DNA of 64,000 bases from the human T2T-CHM13v2.0 reference genome, Homo sapiens, in NCBI RefSeq assembly GCF_009914755.1, contig NC_060948.1; one strand, written 5' to 3'. Numbering within the stretch: position 1 is the stretch's first letter; every line of letters starts with the position of its first letter. The position numbers and the translations under genes were made by a program. This document shows, piece after piece, positions 15,001-30,000 of this stretch. Under the pieces are notes generated by a model. The model saw nothing but the letters and a program-made list of their open reading frames with translations. It had not been told where the DNA came from and did not search any database.

Positions 15001-18000
15001 AGGAAAAACAAACACATACAAATGATGAGAACAAAATTATTTACAGAATAGGCGCATGGTATGTAAAAATACTTTCTGCTACTCTGGAACAGGCAGAAGA
15101 TTTACATCATCAGGGTGGGAGTCCCAGCAATATGCCATAACTCTCTCTTTATGTTGGACCTAGTTAGAGGAGAAACATCATCTGTATGCTGGGCCCAGCA
15201 ATAAACCAAAGTTCCTTTTCATAGTCATGGTTCAGGAAAAAAGAAGTCATATTACCTAAGTATTAGGCTTAGCAATATGTCACATCACCCCATTCTAAAG
15301 CCTCTTGCAGAAGAAAAGGTTCACATAACTTAAGACACAGGCTCAGATACAAGGCATGATGTCCCAAGTAGGTAGTGCTCATGCAGAAGAGAAGAGTCAT
15401 ATCACCTAGGTGCTTCCTAGGTATATGACACAATCTAACATGCGAGGGGAAACCAGGCAGAAGAGTCACTTCATCTTGATGCTGGGTTCTAAGTTATGTC
15501 ACATGGCTTCCTTAAGACAGCACACAGGCAAGAGAGTTACAAAAAATAAGTATGAAAAATGTCACAATGCTCCATAAGGACAGGACACAAGCAGGGAGCC
15601 ACATCACCTAGGTGACTGACCCATATATATATGTCACAATGTCCACATTGAGTCATGGCCCTGGTGAAAGAGTACCATCACCTGTGTGCATAGCCTAGCA
15701 ATATGTCACTATCTTAGTAAGCAGAACCCAAGCAGATTAGCAACATCACCTAGGTGATAGGCCAAGAGATTTGTCACAATGCCCTCTTTAGGACATAGTC
15801 CTAGCATATAAGTACTGTCACCTCTGTGCCTGGCCCAGTCATATATCACTATCACTCACTGTGTGCAGTACCCATTCTAATGGGGAGAGTTTTGTTGCCT
15901 AAGTGGTTGGCACAGTGGTATGTCCCAATGATTTCTGTATGCATGGCTCAGGCAAAAATGTAACATGACTTGGATACTGGATCTAGTGATATGTAGTGAC
16001 TCTTACTGAGAGCAGGGCCCAGGCAGGAGCATCATATCACCTAAAGTTTTGCTCACGTAGATATCACAATAGCATATGTGGGCTGGAACAAGTCTGGGAG
16101 TAAAATCACACAAGTGTTTGGCAAAGATTTATGTCACAGTCACACTGGCAGAAAATTCTCAGGATGAGATGTACAATACCACACATGTCCTGTTTTTATG
16201 ATTGACAGTTTGCATCGTATATGTGAGACAGTGACAGTGGTTACTGTCAGGTGGGTGTACATATAAGACTCACAGTTTCACCTTTCTCTTGGGTTCTGTT
16301 CTGAAACTCTTTGTATGAGCCAAGTTCTTTACAAAATATGAGGCTGTTGTAACCTTCCTTGTCTTCTTTTTTACCAGAAAGTGATTCAATCCATTGTGTT
16401 TCTGAAGCAAGTTATAAGGCTCAAAATTACTCCTATTTATGGGTACCACATATAACGGTCATTATCATGCCTGTAAGTTCTGCCTAGGTATATGTAACAA
16501 TTTACTCTGTGATGTGTTACAATATTCTCCTTGTAGGCAAAGTCCTGGCAGAAAAGTTGTATCACCTGGGGGTTACACCCATATATATGGCACAATGCCC
16601 CTTTTGGCACAGTCTCCAGACAGAAGAAGAGACTCATATCACCTATATGCTAGGCCCAGTGATATGTCAAAATGTCTCATGTTAAAGGGATCAGGCAAGA
16701 GAGTCATATCATTTGGATGGCATGCTTAGAAACACTATAATCCCCAGTGGAAGGAGGGTCCAGACAGGAGAGGAGAGTGAGATAACTAGATGGATGATGA
16801 GTCCAGTGCCTTCCTGAGGATACTGTTGAGACAGGAGAGTCAAATCGTCAAGGTGCTCAGCTGAGGAATATATCCAAATATCATTTGTGGGCAACATTTA
16901 GGCAGGATTATTAAGCCACTCAAGAGATGGGAAATGAAATATGTCACAATAACACTGGTGGAAAGCTCCAGGAATGGAAGTCTCCATCTTGGATATGACC
17001 TGGCTTCAGTTTTAAGCATCTTGATTGGTCCTCTCATTTGGTGTCAACTATATGGCACTATGTAATCTATAGGCAGAGAGAAAGCAGAAATGTCACATCA
17101 CCTGTGAGGGTGCTCGTCCTGTGAGATGTCACTTTTTTTCTTGTGGCCAGGACCCTGGAATAAAAGGTACATCACCTGGATGTTGATTTTAGTGATATAT
17201 CAAAATTTCTTCTGTGGGCAGGGCTTAAGGTGAGGAGAATCACTTTACCTAGACAATTGGCCTAGATATATGTCACAGTGGCTGCTATGTACAGAACCGA
17301 GGTATGAAAGTGACCTCACCTTGGTGCTGGGTTTATCAATATGTCACAATCTCCCCTGTGGTCAGAGCAAGGCAAGAAGGTAGAAACATCACCTAGGTGC
17401 TGAGCCAAGTGATATGTTACAAAGCTTTCTGTTTGTAGAACACAAAATTTAGTGTCATATTACCTGGGTGTAATATCCAGTTATGTGTCACAATTCACAT
17501 AATTGCAGGCAAAGGCAGTAGAAGTAAGCCACATCACTTATGTGATAGACCTAGATATAAGCCACAGTGCTTTATATAGGCAGGAATCAGGCAAAGAATT
17601 CACATTACCTGGGTGCCTGTCCCAGTGATATGTAAAAGTGCCATTTGTAGGCAGGAACATGTACCTTTTCTTAGGTGTTTGGTCCATGTATATAACAATT
17701 TCATCTCAGGTTATGGCCTAAGAAGGACAGTCAAATTACTCAGGAGCTGGGCTAACTTTTATGCCCTAATCACACACCAGGAAATATTCAAAAGTAAGTT
17801 TCACAGTCCCACACAAGTCCTGGCTTTGTGTACATAAGTAAACACCTCCTGTGAGGTGGGTCAAAACAGAGGAGACACAATCCCAACAATGGGCATAATC
17901 CATGTAAAAGATGGCAAAACCAGTTGATGACTGTCAAGTGGAGATGAGTGTCAAGTGGAGATGAGTGTCAAGTGGGAGAGTCACAGCCTCATATGTGCAC

Positions 18001-21000
18001 TGAATTATGCATCCCCAAATCACCTGTAGGTCAGATCAACATATGAGAGGAAAAATTTCATACTTTGACTGCTCTTTTGGTGAGATTTAGTACCTTATTT
18101 GGAGGCCATGTTCTTGTGAGGCAATGACAATTGTGTCTGATGAGTGTGAATCCAATAATCCCAATAGCATTGGGTTGCTGTTCACTGTTATAACACTATG
18201 TATACCTCTCACACTTTATATGATATGCTGGAGTGTCATAATACTGTGTGAACTTTATACCATTAGGAGACTCATTACTTTACTTATGGCTATAAGACTG
18301 GGTAGGAGCATCAAAATATCTCTCCTTTTTGGAGCCAGGTATGATAGTTATATTTGTGCATGGTAGGTGAACACAGGTGTATGTCAAACTTTTACCTGTG
18401 GGCAGAAACATGGCAGGAGAGTCTCATCACCTGGAAGGTGAGCTCAGGATACATTATAATCTCCTTTGCAGGCAGGGCCAAGTCAGAAGAGTCACATCAC
18501 CTGATTACAGCCTCAAGTAATGTGACACCATGTCAAATGTGAACAGGGTTAAAGAAATGGAGGAGAGTCACACAACCTAGATGCTGGGCTCAGCAACATG
18601 GAATAATCCCCATTTTGGCAGAATCTAGAATAAAGAGGAGAATTGCATTACCTAGGTTTTGCATTCAGCATCATGTCACAATTCTTTTAGCCGGCAGGAC
18701 CTAGGCCGCAGAGAAGAGTCACAATTCCTAGATGTTACACCCAGTGATGTCACAATGTTCTTTGGGGAAAAAGCACAAGCAAAATAGACAAATCACCTAG
18801 CAGATAGGCTCAGATATATATAATGTCCCTACCTTGCAGGACTAAGGCAAAAGAGTCACATTATTATGACTGTGACCTAACGATATGTCACAATGCACAC
18901 ATGGCAAACAATTAAGTCAGTTTTTACACCTGGGTACTAGGCCCAGTGATATGACAGAATCTCCTCATCTTTTAGATGACACCTTTAACTGTCAGCTTTG
19001 CGTGTATATAAGTCACATTGTCACATGTGTGCTGAACCATTACATGACACCCTTTAGAACATCTGAAAGTTTTTTACAACATGCATGAGATTTGCTAACT
19101 ACTCTGAGGTCTACATGGTCATATCAACTCTGAATCTTGTATATTGCCTTAAACCCAGACATGATAGTCAACATCTCTCATTTATGCTTAGTTCAGGAAT
19201 GAGACTTATTTTTATGCCTGTGAGATGGGTCTAAAAATGAGTCACTATTGAGCCTGTGGCAAAATCCCCAAATGAGAATCACAATTCCATCTTTGTACTG
19301 TTTTCACTTGTTAGAGTCAGCATCTCAAAAATGGGCTTTGTAAATGAGGGATGGTGACAACTTTTATTTGCACCTGCCTGTGTAATTGAGAGTCACAATC
19401 TTAAACATTTTGCTGGGCCTTGTGAGGAGAGTCTGTGTACCACCCAAGGAGTTTATACAATATTGATTATTGTTGTATACTTCTGTGAGCTTTGTACAAA
19501 TATGCAACCCAGGATTTTACCTATTGCCTTAAGCCTTGTGATGAGAGATAAAATATCTTCTATTGGCTGAATCAAATGTAAGTTTTACCATCATACCTGT
19601 GAACTGAAGCAAGCTATATTTCATAATCCCATTTCTCGGCAAAAAAGAGTCACATCATGTAGGTGATGTGGCATGTGATGTGGCATGCAGCATGTCACAG
19701 TGACTTCTCTAGGCAGAATATAGAAAGGAGGGTCACATTAACGAGGTGTTGGATCCAACAATATGATGAAATTTTACTTGTAAAACAACGTATCCAAGGG
19801 AAGAAAGCCACAACACTTACAGAATGGACTGAAAATGTGTCAAAATACTCTTTATGGCTCTGGCACTGAGAGGACAGTAGCATCATTAGGGTGCTGGACC
19901 CACCATTATGCAGTAACTCCCTCATTATTCAGGACTCTTGTAGAAGAGTAACATCATCTGACTGCAATAGGTCAAAATTTCCACTTGTGCAAATGGTTTA
20001 GAAAAAAGAAAATAGTCACATACCCTAAATCCTGGTCTCAAAAATATGTCACACTCTCAGCATTTTAAAGGCTGAGGCAGGGGAGGAAAGTCATATCACT
20101 TAGTTCATCAGCTCAGAGATATGTTCCAATGTCCCAGTAGGCAGAACTCAGGCAGAAGAGGCTTCTTTAGGTATAGTCTCAATCCAACACGTGAGCAGAA
20201 ACCAGGCAGAAGAGCCACATCATCTGGGAGCTGGGTCCTAAGATATGTCACAAGTCCCCATTAGGACAGAACCAAGGCAAAAGAGTTACATCACCTTGGT
20301 GTATGTTTCTCTTTTATGTCACAATGCTCTATGTGCATGAGGCCAAAGCATTCAATCCCATTGACTAGTTGATAGGCCCAAGAGATAGGTTACAAAGTCC
20401 TCTGTGAAGCATAGTCCTGGCAAAAGAGTATCATCACCTGTGTGTCTTGCCTAGAAATATGTTACTCTCCAGGTTGTCATCACCCAAGCAGGAGAGCCAC
20501 CTAACCTAAGTGATAGGCATAGAGATGTGTCACAATGTCCTAGTTTGGGCATGACTCTGGCAAACAATACCCACAGCTGTACGCCTGGCTTTACAATATG
20601 TCACTATCCTTCCTTTGTGCAGGATCCGTTCCAGAGATGAGACTTACATCACCTATGAGGTGCACACAAATATATGTCACAATAATTGTGATTGGCATGG
20701 CATAAGCAAGAATGCAACATCAATAGTATGCTAGATCCAGTGATATGTACAATACTTACTGAGAGAAGGGCCCAGGCAGGAGAGTCACATCTCCTTAAGG
20801 TTAGCCTAGGTAGATATCACAGTCCCATATATGCACTGGAACAAGTCTGGAGAGTCAAATTACACTGGTGTTTGCAAAGATTTATATCAGAACCACACTA
20901 TCAGAAAATTCCAAAGATGAGTTTACAGTACAACACATGTCCTGTTTTCATGTGTGACAATTGACTTCATCCATGAGAGATGATGGCAGTCCTTACTGTC

Positions 21001-24000
21001 AGTTGGGTGTGCATACAAGACTCACAATTTCACTTGAGTTGAACCCTGGTTTGACTTTTTCATTATAAACCAAAGACTTTGTAAAATATGTGTGAGTGTT
21101 GTAATCTTCTGTGACATTTGTACAAGAAAGTGATTCAGGACATCCCACATGTCTGTAATCTGAGTTACAAGAGTCAAAATATCATCTATTGGCTGAGTCC
21201 ATATATTAATAAGAGTCATTATTATTCCTGTGAGCCATTCCTAGTTATTTGTTACAATTTCCTCTGTGGTTATGAATCAGGCCAAACAATCACATCACCT
21301 AAATGCTGGGCCAGAAATATCCCATTATTATTTTTTCAGGCAGGGTGCTGTCTGAAATATCACATAACTTGTGTGCTAAATCCAGCTCTGTTGCACAGTG
21401 TTCATTTTGGGATGTGTCTAGGAAGGAGAGGAGAGTCATATAACCTAAAATCTGGGTTCAAACATACATCAAAATGGCTCCTGTTGAGGAGGTCCAAAAC
21501 AGAGAGTCATGTCCTTTGAATGTGGTGATTAGAAATGCTACAATTACTAAAGGAAGCAGGGTACAGGTCAAAGAGGAGAGTTATATGCCTTTGATAATGG
21601 GTCCAGAAATATGTGACTATTCTGCCTGAGGACAGTTTTAGACAGCACAGTCAAATCACCAAGGTGCTTGATGCAGATATTTGTCAAAATCTCATTCATG
21701 GGCTATATCTAGGCAGAATTATTAAGTCACTCAGGAACTGAACTAAAATATATGTCACAATTACACTTGTGGAAAGGTTTAGGAATAAGACTCAACTGTT
21801 GGCTTTCTAAATGTAGGATGGCGGCAACTTTTAATTTCACCTGGGCATGTAATCAAGAGTCCCAATTTGAACTTTTTGCTGGCCCCTGCTATGAAAATTT
21901 CTACAACAAAAGAGTTTATAAAATATAAGTTAGTTGTGTAAGCTTCTGTGAGCTTGCTACAAATATGCAACCTAGGACCTTTCCTATTCCCCAAGCCTAA
22001 GAATGAAAAGCAAAAGATTTTCTATTGGCTGAATCCCAATATGAGTTTCATCATCATGGCTGTGAACTGAAGCAGAGTATATGTTATAATCAAATATGTG
22101 GGCAGAACACTATGCAGAAGGGCAATAGCACTTAGATGTTGTGTTAGGCAATATGTCACAATACCTTCTCTATGCAGGGTGTACAAAATTGAATCACATT
22201 AACTGGGTGCCGGACCCAGAAATTTCATATGTGGAAAAAACCCAGCCAAGTTATGAGAGTCAAAATGCCTACATAATGGGCCCAATATATGTCAAAATAC
22301 ATTCAGTATTAGCAGCACACGCAGAAACATCACATCTTAATGTTGCTGGGCCCAGCTATATGCAATATGCCGTAATTATCTCTTTATGCAGATCCCATGC
22401 AGAAGAGTAACATGATCTGTGTGCTGAGCAACGTTATATGTCAGATTTCTTTTTTGTGGGCATGGTTCAGGAGAAAGTGGAGAGTCACATATCCTGAGTG
22501 CTGGGCTCAGCAAAGTGACAAAATCCTCCTATTGTGAAGGCCCAGGAAGAAAAAGAGAGTCGCATTACTTAGGTTCAGAGATACATCTCAATGCCCCCAG
22601 TAGGCAGAGCTCAGGTAGATGAGGACAGTAATATCACCTATGTTTTTCCCACAGAATATGTCACAGTTTAACATGTAGACAGAAACCAGGTAGAAGCACT
22701 ATATCACTTGTGTGCTGTGTCCTGTGATATGTCATAAGTCTCTCTTAACACAACACCTAGGCAAGAGAGATACATCATACTAGGTGCCGGTCACTTGGTT
22801 ATAACACAATCCTTCATCTGGTTAGGACCCAAGGAGAGAGTTACTACATTTAGGTGATAGGCCCAGAGATATGTCACAGTGTACTGTATGAAGCATAATG
22901 CTGGAAAGAGTACCATCACCTGTGTGCCTGGCCTAGAAATATGTCACTTTCAAGGTTGGAAGGACCCTAGCAGAAGAGCCACATAACATAGATGATAGCC
23001 CCGGAGATATGCCACATTGCCCTCCACTGGTCATCCACAGGATAAGGAGGAAATTTGCCTGTGTGTCAGTCCTTGCAATATGTCACTATTCTTCTGTTGT
23101 GCAGTGTCCATTGCAGAGAGGAGACTCACATCACCTATGAGGTAAACACAGAAATATGTTACAATAATTTTGGTGGTCATGGCCCAAGTAAGGATGTAAC
23201 ATTACCTGGGTGCTATATCCAGTGATATGTCACAATCATTACTGAGAGATAGGACAAGTAAGACAGGAAAGTCATATCACGTAGAGGTTGGCCTAGGTAG
23301 ATATCATAACCCCATATATAAGAAGGGACAGGTCCAGAGAACCAAATTACACAGGTGCTTAGCAAAAATTTACGTCATCATAACACTGTCAGAAAATTCC
23401 AAAGATGAGATTTACAATACCACACATGTCCTGTTTTCATATGTGACAGATCCCTCTGTCTATGTGAGATAAGTTGTCCTTACTTTCAGCTGGGTGTACA
23501 TACAAGACTCACAATTTCACCTATGTGCTGAGTCCTGCTTTGATTTTGTCTGTATAAACCAAAGAGTTTGTAAAATATGTATGAGTGTTGTAATAATTTT
23601 TGACCTTTGTACAAGAAAGAGACAAAGGACACCATGCATGTCCCTAAACTGAGTTCTAAGATTCAAAATATTCTCTATTGACTGAGTCCACATATGACAG
23701 TCATTATCATGGCTGTGAACCATGCATAGGTATATGTTACAATTCCCTCTGCGGTTAAGAAGGAGGCCTAACAGCCACATCACATAAATGCTGGGTCAGA
23801 ATACTCAAATATGCTTTTTGTAGTCAGGGCTGTCTCAGAAATATCACATAACGTGCATGCTATGTCAAGCTCTGTGACACCATACCCCTTGTGGGCAGTG
23901 TCCAGGCAGGAGAAGAGAGTAATATCACCTAAAGGATGGGCCCAAAATTATGTCAAAATGCTTCCTATTGACAAGGCCCAGGCAAGAGGGTCATATCATT

Positions 24001-27000
24001 TGGATGCAGTATTTATAAATACTACAATCACCAACAGAAGCAGGGTACAGTCAGGAGAGGAGAGTCATGTAACCTAGATGAAGCATCCAGAAATATGTTA
24101 CAATATCCCCTGAGGACATTTTAAGATACATCAGTCAAATCACAAAGGTGCTCAGCCAATCTATCTGTCAAAATCTCATTTGCTATACCTAGGCAGAATT
24201 ATTAAATCACTCAGGAGTTAGGCAAATGTATATGTCACAATTAGACTTGTGGAAAGACTTAAGACTAAGAGTCACCATCCTGCACAAGTCCTAGGCTCCA
24301 GTCTTGTGAGTTGTTATTAGGCTTTTGTTTAGGTCTCTGGTATGTGGCCAGAAAAAACACAAGAAAGTCCCATCGCCTACGTGGGTCCAGGTCCAGTGAG
24401 ATGTCACAAATTCAACAAGGGGGCAGGAACCTGTTGTAATAGTTACATTGCATGGATTTCAGTGACATATCAAAATTCCCTATCTGGGCAGGACTTTGGC
24501 AAGAAGGGAGACTCACTTCACCAAGGCAATTGGCCTAGATATATGTCACAATGTCTATTCTGTGCAGTAACAAAGCTGTAGAGAGGCATCACACAGGTGT
24601 TGTGCTCAGGAAATATGTCACAATCTCCTTGTGGCCTGGGCCAAGGCAAAAGCAAAGAAACATCACTTAGGTTCTGAGCCAAGTGATATGTCACAATGCT
24701 TCCTGTTGGCAGAACCCAAAAAGAAGAATCACATCCCCTGAATGCAGTACCCGGTTATTTGTCACAATTCCCTGCAACTGCAGGGCAAAGGAAGAAGTGA
24801 GTAACATCACTTACATGATGGATCTACGTATGTCACAAAATTCTTTTTGTAGGAAGGTTTCAGGCAGATAACTCACATCACCTGGGTGATGGTCCCAGTG
24901 ACATATGTAAAATTTCCCTTTGAAGGCAGAGCCACGATGGATGTTATCTATTGCTTAGCTGCTTGTTCCACATATGGCACAATTACTTCTGTGATCTGGG
25001 CCTAGAAAAGGAGTCAAATTATTCATTTACTGGGCAAAGTCACCTGTCCCAATCACACTCTCATATATGTTCGGAAATAAGTTTCATATCCCACATAAGT
25101 CCTGGTTTTGTGTATGTGAGTTAATTCTTTCTATAAGTTGGGTCAAAATAGAGGATTCAAAATCTCAACAGTGGGCAAGATCCATGTATAAGAGCTGTAA
25201 TCCCACTTGAACATTGTGGTCCAGGAGGGGAGTTACAGCACCACAGACATGCTGAATCCTGGTTCAAATGTTAATGAACCACCTGCGGATCAGGTCCATA
25301 TGTGTGAGTAATTATTTCAAACATCAACAGCTTTTTATGTGTGAGATTTAGTATTTCATTCCTAGGCCCTGTTAATGTGTGACAATGAAAATCATGTCAG
25401 CTAGGTGGGCATTCAAGAGTCACATTCTCACCTGGTTGGTGGCCTCTGTTATGACACTGTTTGCACCATTAAGGCTTTATATGATCTACCTGAGTATTAT
25501 AATCCTTCATGACTTTTATACAAGTGAAAAACACAGGGCTAAACCCATCGCTATGAGAGTCAAAATATCTCTACTGGCTGGCTCCAGTTATGAGAGTTAT
25601 TTTTGTGCATGTGCTCTTAACCTAGTTATATGTCACAATTTCACCTGTAAGAACAGACAAGGCAAAAGAGTCAACTCACCTCGATGCTGAACCAGTGATA
25701 CAGCATAACCTCATTTGCATACTGGGTCTAGTCAGAGGAGTCACTTCACCTAGGTATAGCCTCAAATAGTTTGTCAGCAAGCCTACTATACACAGGGAAG
25801 AAATAAATGAGGACAGTCACTCCACCTAGGTGCTGGACTTTGCAATATATAACAAACCTCTCTCAGAAGAGTTTAGAATGTGGAGGAGAGCCATATAATG
25901 TCAGTTTTTCAATCAGTGGTATATCACAATTTATTTTCTGAGCAAGACCCAGGCAGGAGAGGAGAGTTGCATTACCTAGATGTTAAGTGAAATGATATCT
26001 CAAAATGTCTTCTGGGGGATGGACACTGACAGAAAAGAAAAATCAGAAAAGAAAAATCATCTTGCTTATAGACCCCAAGATGTGTGATAATATCCCCTCT
26101 TGGCAGGATCAAGACAGAACAGTCACAGTATGATTCTAACATAGTGATATGTCACAATGCACCCAAAGAAATGAATTTAGGCCAAATAGTCTCAACACCT
26201 AAGTACTAGACCTATTCATACACCAATTCCCCTTGTCTTTGAGGGTGACCCTATAAACTCTGAGCTAGTGTACATATGGGAGTAACAATCTTGCATGTTT
26301 CCTGGGCCATTGTATGAAACTCTACAATATTCAAAAGCATTATACATCATGCATGAGAGTTTCAAACCACTCTAAGGCCTACATGTTCATATGTACTCAT
26401 GATCTTGCATATTGCCCTAAACCCAGGTATAACAGTCATCATCTCTTCTCTAGGCTGGGTTAGAAGTGAGACCCATTTTTATGCCTGTGAGCTGGATCTA
26501 GAAATAAGTCACAATTCCACCTGTGGATAGATCCATATACGAAGGTCATACTTCCAACTTTGTACTACATTCATTTGTAAAACTCAGGTTCTTAACAGTG
26601 ACCTTTGGACATAAAGAATGATGACAACACTTGCTTTTACCTGGGTATGTAATCAAGAGTCTCAAACTGAAATTTTTTTTGGTCCCTGTCACCAAAATCT
26701 CTATACCATCAAAGGAGTTCATACATTATGAGTTAGAATTGTAAAGCTCTGTGAGCTTGGCACAATTATGCAAACTAGTACTTTGTCTATTGCCCTAGGC
26801 CTAGTGATGAAAGGTAAAATATCTCATATTGGCTGAATCACAATATAATCCCAATATAAGTTTGACCATCATGACTGTGAACTGAAGCCATAGTCGCATT
26901 TGTGTGGAAAAAAAAAAAACAAAAACTGGGCCAGAGGGTAACAACACTTAGGTGCTATGCCAAGCAACATGTCACAATATCCCCTCTAGGTAAGGTATAG

Positions 27001-30000
27001 GACTTAGAATCACAGTAACTGGGTTCTGGACTCAGCAATATGACACAATCCATTATGTTGGAAAAAAAAAAAAAACAGCAAAAAGTTGAGAGCCAAAACA
27101 CCTATATAATTGGCCCCTGCTCTGTGAAAATACCTTCTGTGGCTCCAGCACAGTCATGAGTTTTACATTATCAGGGTGCTGGGCCCAGCAGTATGTCATA
27201 ATATTCTCTACATACATAACGCATGTAAAAAGAGTAACATTATCTGGGTGCTGGGCCCTGCAAGAGGTCAAAATTTCTGTTTGTGGGCATGATTTGAGAA
27301 AAAAAAAAGGTAAATCAGATAACCTGATTATTAGGCTGAGCAGTCTTTCACAATCCCTCCACTGTAAAGACCAGGCAGAAAAAAAGAGTCACTTTCCTTA
27401 GTTCATGGACTCAGATATATGTCCCAGTATCCCAAGTGGAGAGGGCCCAGGCAGAAAGGGAGTGTCATATCACTTAAATGCTTCACTAGTTATATGTGAA
27501 AATCTTAACTGTGGGCAGAAACCAGTCAGAAGACCCACATCATCTGGGTACAACCAGAAGTAATATCTCATGATCTCCACTATAGATAGGATTTTTTTAA
27601 AAAAAATAATGACACCATCACGTGGGTGCTGTGCTCACCAATATGTAATAATTCCCTCTCTTGACAGACTCAAGTACAAAAAGGTGATTTATGTCACATA
27701 GGTTTTGCACTCAAGGGTATATCACAGTTTTTTCAGTGAGGAGGATCCAGGCAAGAGAAATGAGTCACGTTACCTAGATTCTAAATCTAGTAATATGTTG
27801 CAGTTTCTCTTCTCAGCAGTGTAATGTCAGGAGAGACATATTACATAGTCAATAGGCCCAGAGATATGTGAAAATATCCTCTGTTTACAGGGCCCTGGCA
27901 GAAGAGTCACATTATCTTGATTCTGACCTAGAAATTTAAACTAAAAGTTCTCAACACCAGGTACTTGGGCAAGGAATGTGACAAAATATTCTCATCTTTA
28001 AGGGTGATACCATTAAATATTAGCTATTTGTGTATAACAGACTCATAATCTCATGTGTATGCTGGCCATTGTATGACAGTCTCTACGATATCTGAGAATG
28101 TTATACAATATGCATGAGAGTTGCAATCCTCTCTGAGGACTATAGGCATTTACAGACTTATGATTATACATATTGCCCTAAACCCAGCTATGACAGTCAG
28201 CATCTCTCCTATAGGCTGGAGATAGGGATGAGATCATTATTATGACTGTGAGCCAGCTCCAAAAATGAGTCACCATCCCAGCTGTGGCCACATTCCTTCA
28301 TGAAAGTCACAATTCCAACTTTGTGTTGTATTCACTTGATGGACTCAGGATCTCAATAATGGGCTTTGCAAATGTAGGATGGTAAAAACTTATTTTCACC
28401 TGAGTGTGTAGTCAAGAATCATAACCTTAACTGTTTGCTGGGCACTGTTAAGAAACTCTGCACCAACAAGGAAGTTTTTATTACATGAGTTAGTGTTGTA
28501 AACTACTGTGAGTTTTCTAGAAACTTGCAAAGAATAACCTGACCTTTTGACCTAAACATAGTAGTGAGAGGAAAAATATCTCCTATTGGCCAAATCCTGA
28601 CACAAGCTTGATCATCTTACCTTTGGACTTGTTAACATCACTTAGGTTCTTTGTCAAGCAATATGTCATGATGCTCTCTGTAAGCAGTGCCTAGGAAAGA
28701 GGATGACATTAACTGGGGGCTGGAGCCACCAATATAATACAACCACACATGGAAGAAATTCAGCCAAGTGATAAGAGCCCAAATACCTACAAAATGGGCC
28801 AAAGATATGTTAAAATACCGTCTGTGGTCCTGGTACAAGCAAGAAAGTCACATAATTAGGGTTCTAGGCCAAGCAATATGCCACAATTCCCTCTTTATGC
28901 ACAACCTAGGCAGACGAGCAACATCATCTGGGTACTGGGCCCTGAAATAAGGCAAAAGTTCTGTTCGTGGGCATTGTTCAGTTACAAGATGACAGTCACA
29001 TTACCTAAGTGCTGAGCTCATCAATATGTCACAATCTTACCATTGTAAAGGGCCAGACAAAAATAGAGTCACGTCACTTAGGTCATGGGCTCACAAATAT
29101 GGCCCAATGTCACCAGTAGGCAGGTCTCAGACAGAAAAAGTCATATTACTTAGGTGCTTCATTAGCTATATTTCACAATTTAATATGTGGGTGGAAACCA
29201 GGTTGAAAAGCCACATCACCCTGTCCTTGTGGACCATTTTGGAGTGTGTCCAGGCAGTAGAGGAGAGTCATATCAACTAAATCGTGGTCCCAGAGAGATA
29301 TCACAATGCCTCCTCTTTAAAAATCCCAGACTCATGTCATTTAAATGCAGTGCTTAGAAATGCTACACTCCTCACTGGAAACAAGGTTAATGCAGGAGAG
29401 GAGAGTCACATAACATAGACATTGGGTCCAGAGATATGTTATGATCACTTCTGAGAACCTGTTAAGACATGAGACTAAAACCACAAATGTTCTTGGCACA
29501 GGTATAGGTCCAAATGTCATCTGTGTGCTATGACAAGGAATATGTCACAATAACACCTGTGAAAAGGGGCAGGGATGAGAATTATGATGCTGCACATGTC
29601 CTGGCTCTGGGGACAAGTGTAATCATTAGGCTTTTGATCTGGTCTCAGGTAAATGGAACAATATCACCTGTGAACAGGGAGAAAAAAGGAAAGTTCCATC
29701 ACCTTAGTGGATGATAGTCCAGTGAAATATCTCAAATGTCCTTGTGGCTAGGACCCTTGTAGAAGAGTTACATCACCTGGATTCTGGTTTCAGTGATATA
29801 TAAAATCCCGTTGTGAGCAGAACTTAGGCAGGAGTGAAGACAAACTTCTCTATGCAATTGGCCTGAATATATGTCACAATGGCTGCTATGTGTAGGACCA
29901 ACATAAGGGAGTAACCTCACTTTGCTGCTGGGTTCAGCAATACGTCACAATTTCACTGGTGGTCAGGGCACAGGCAAGAGAAAAGAAGCATCACCTAGGT

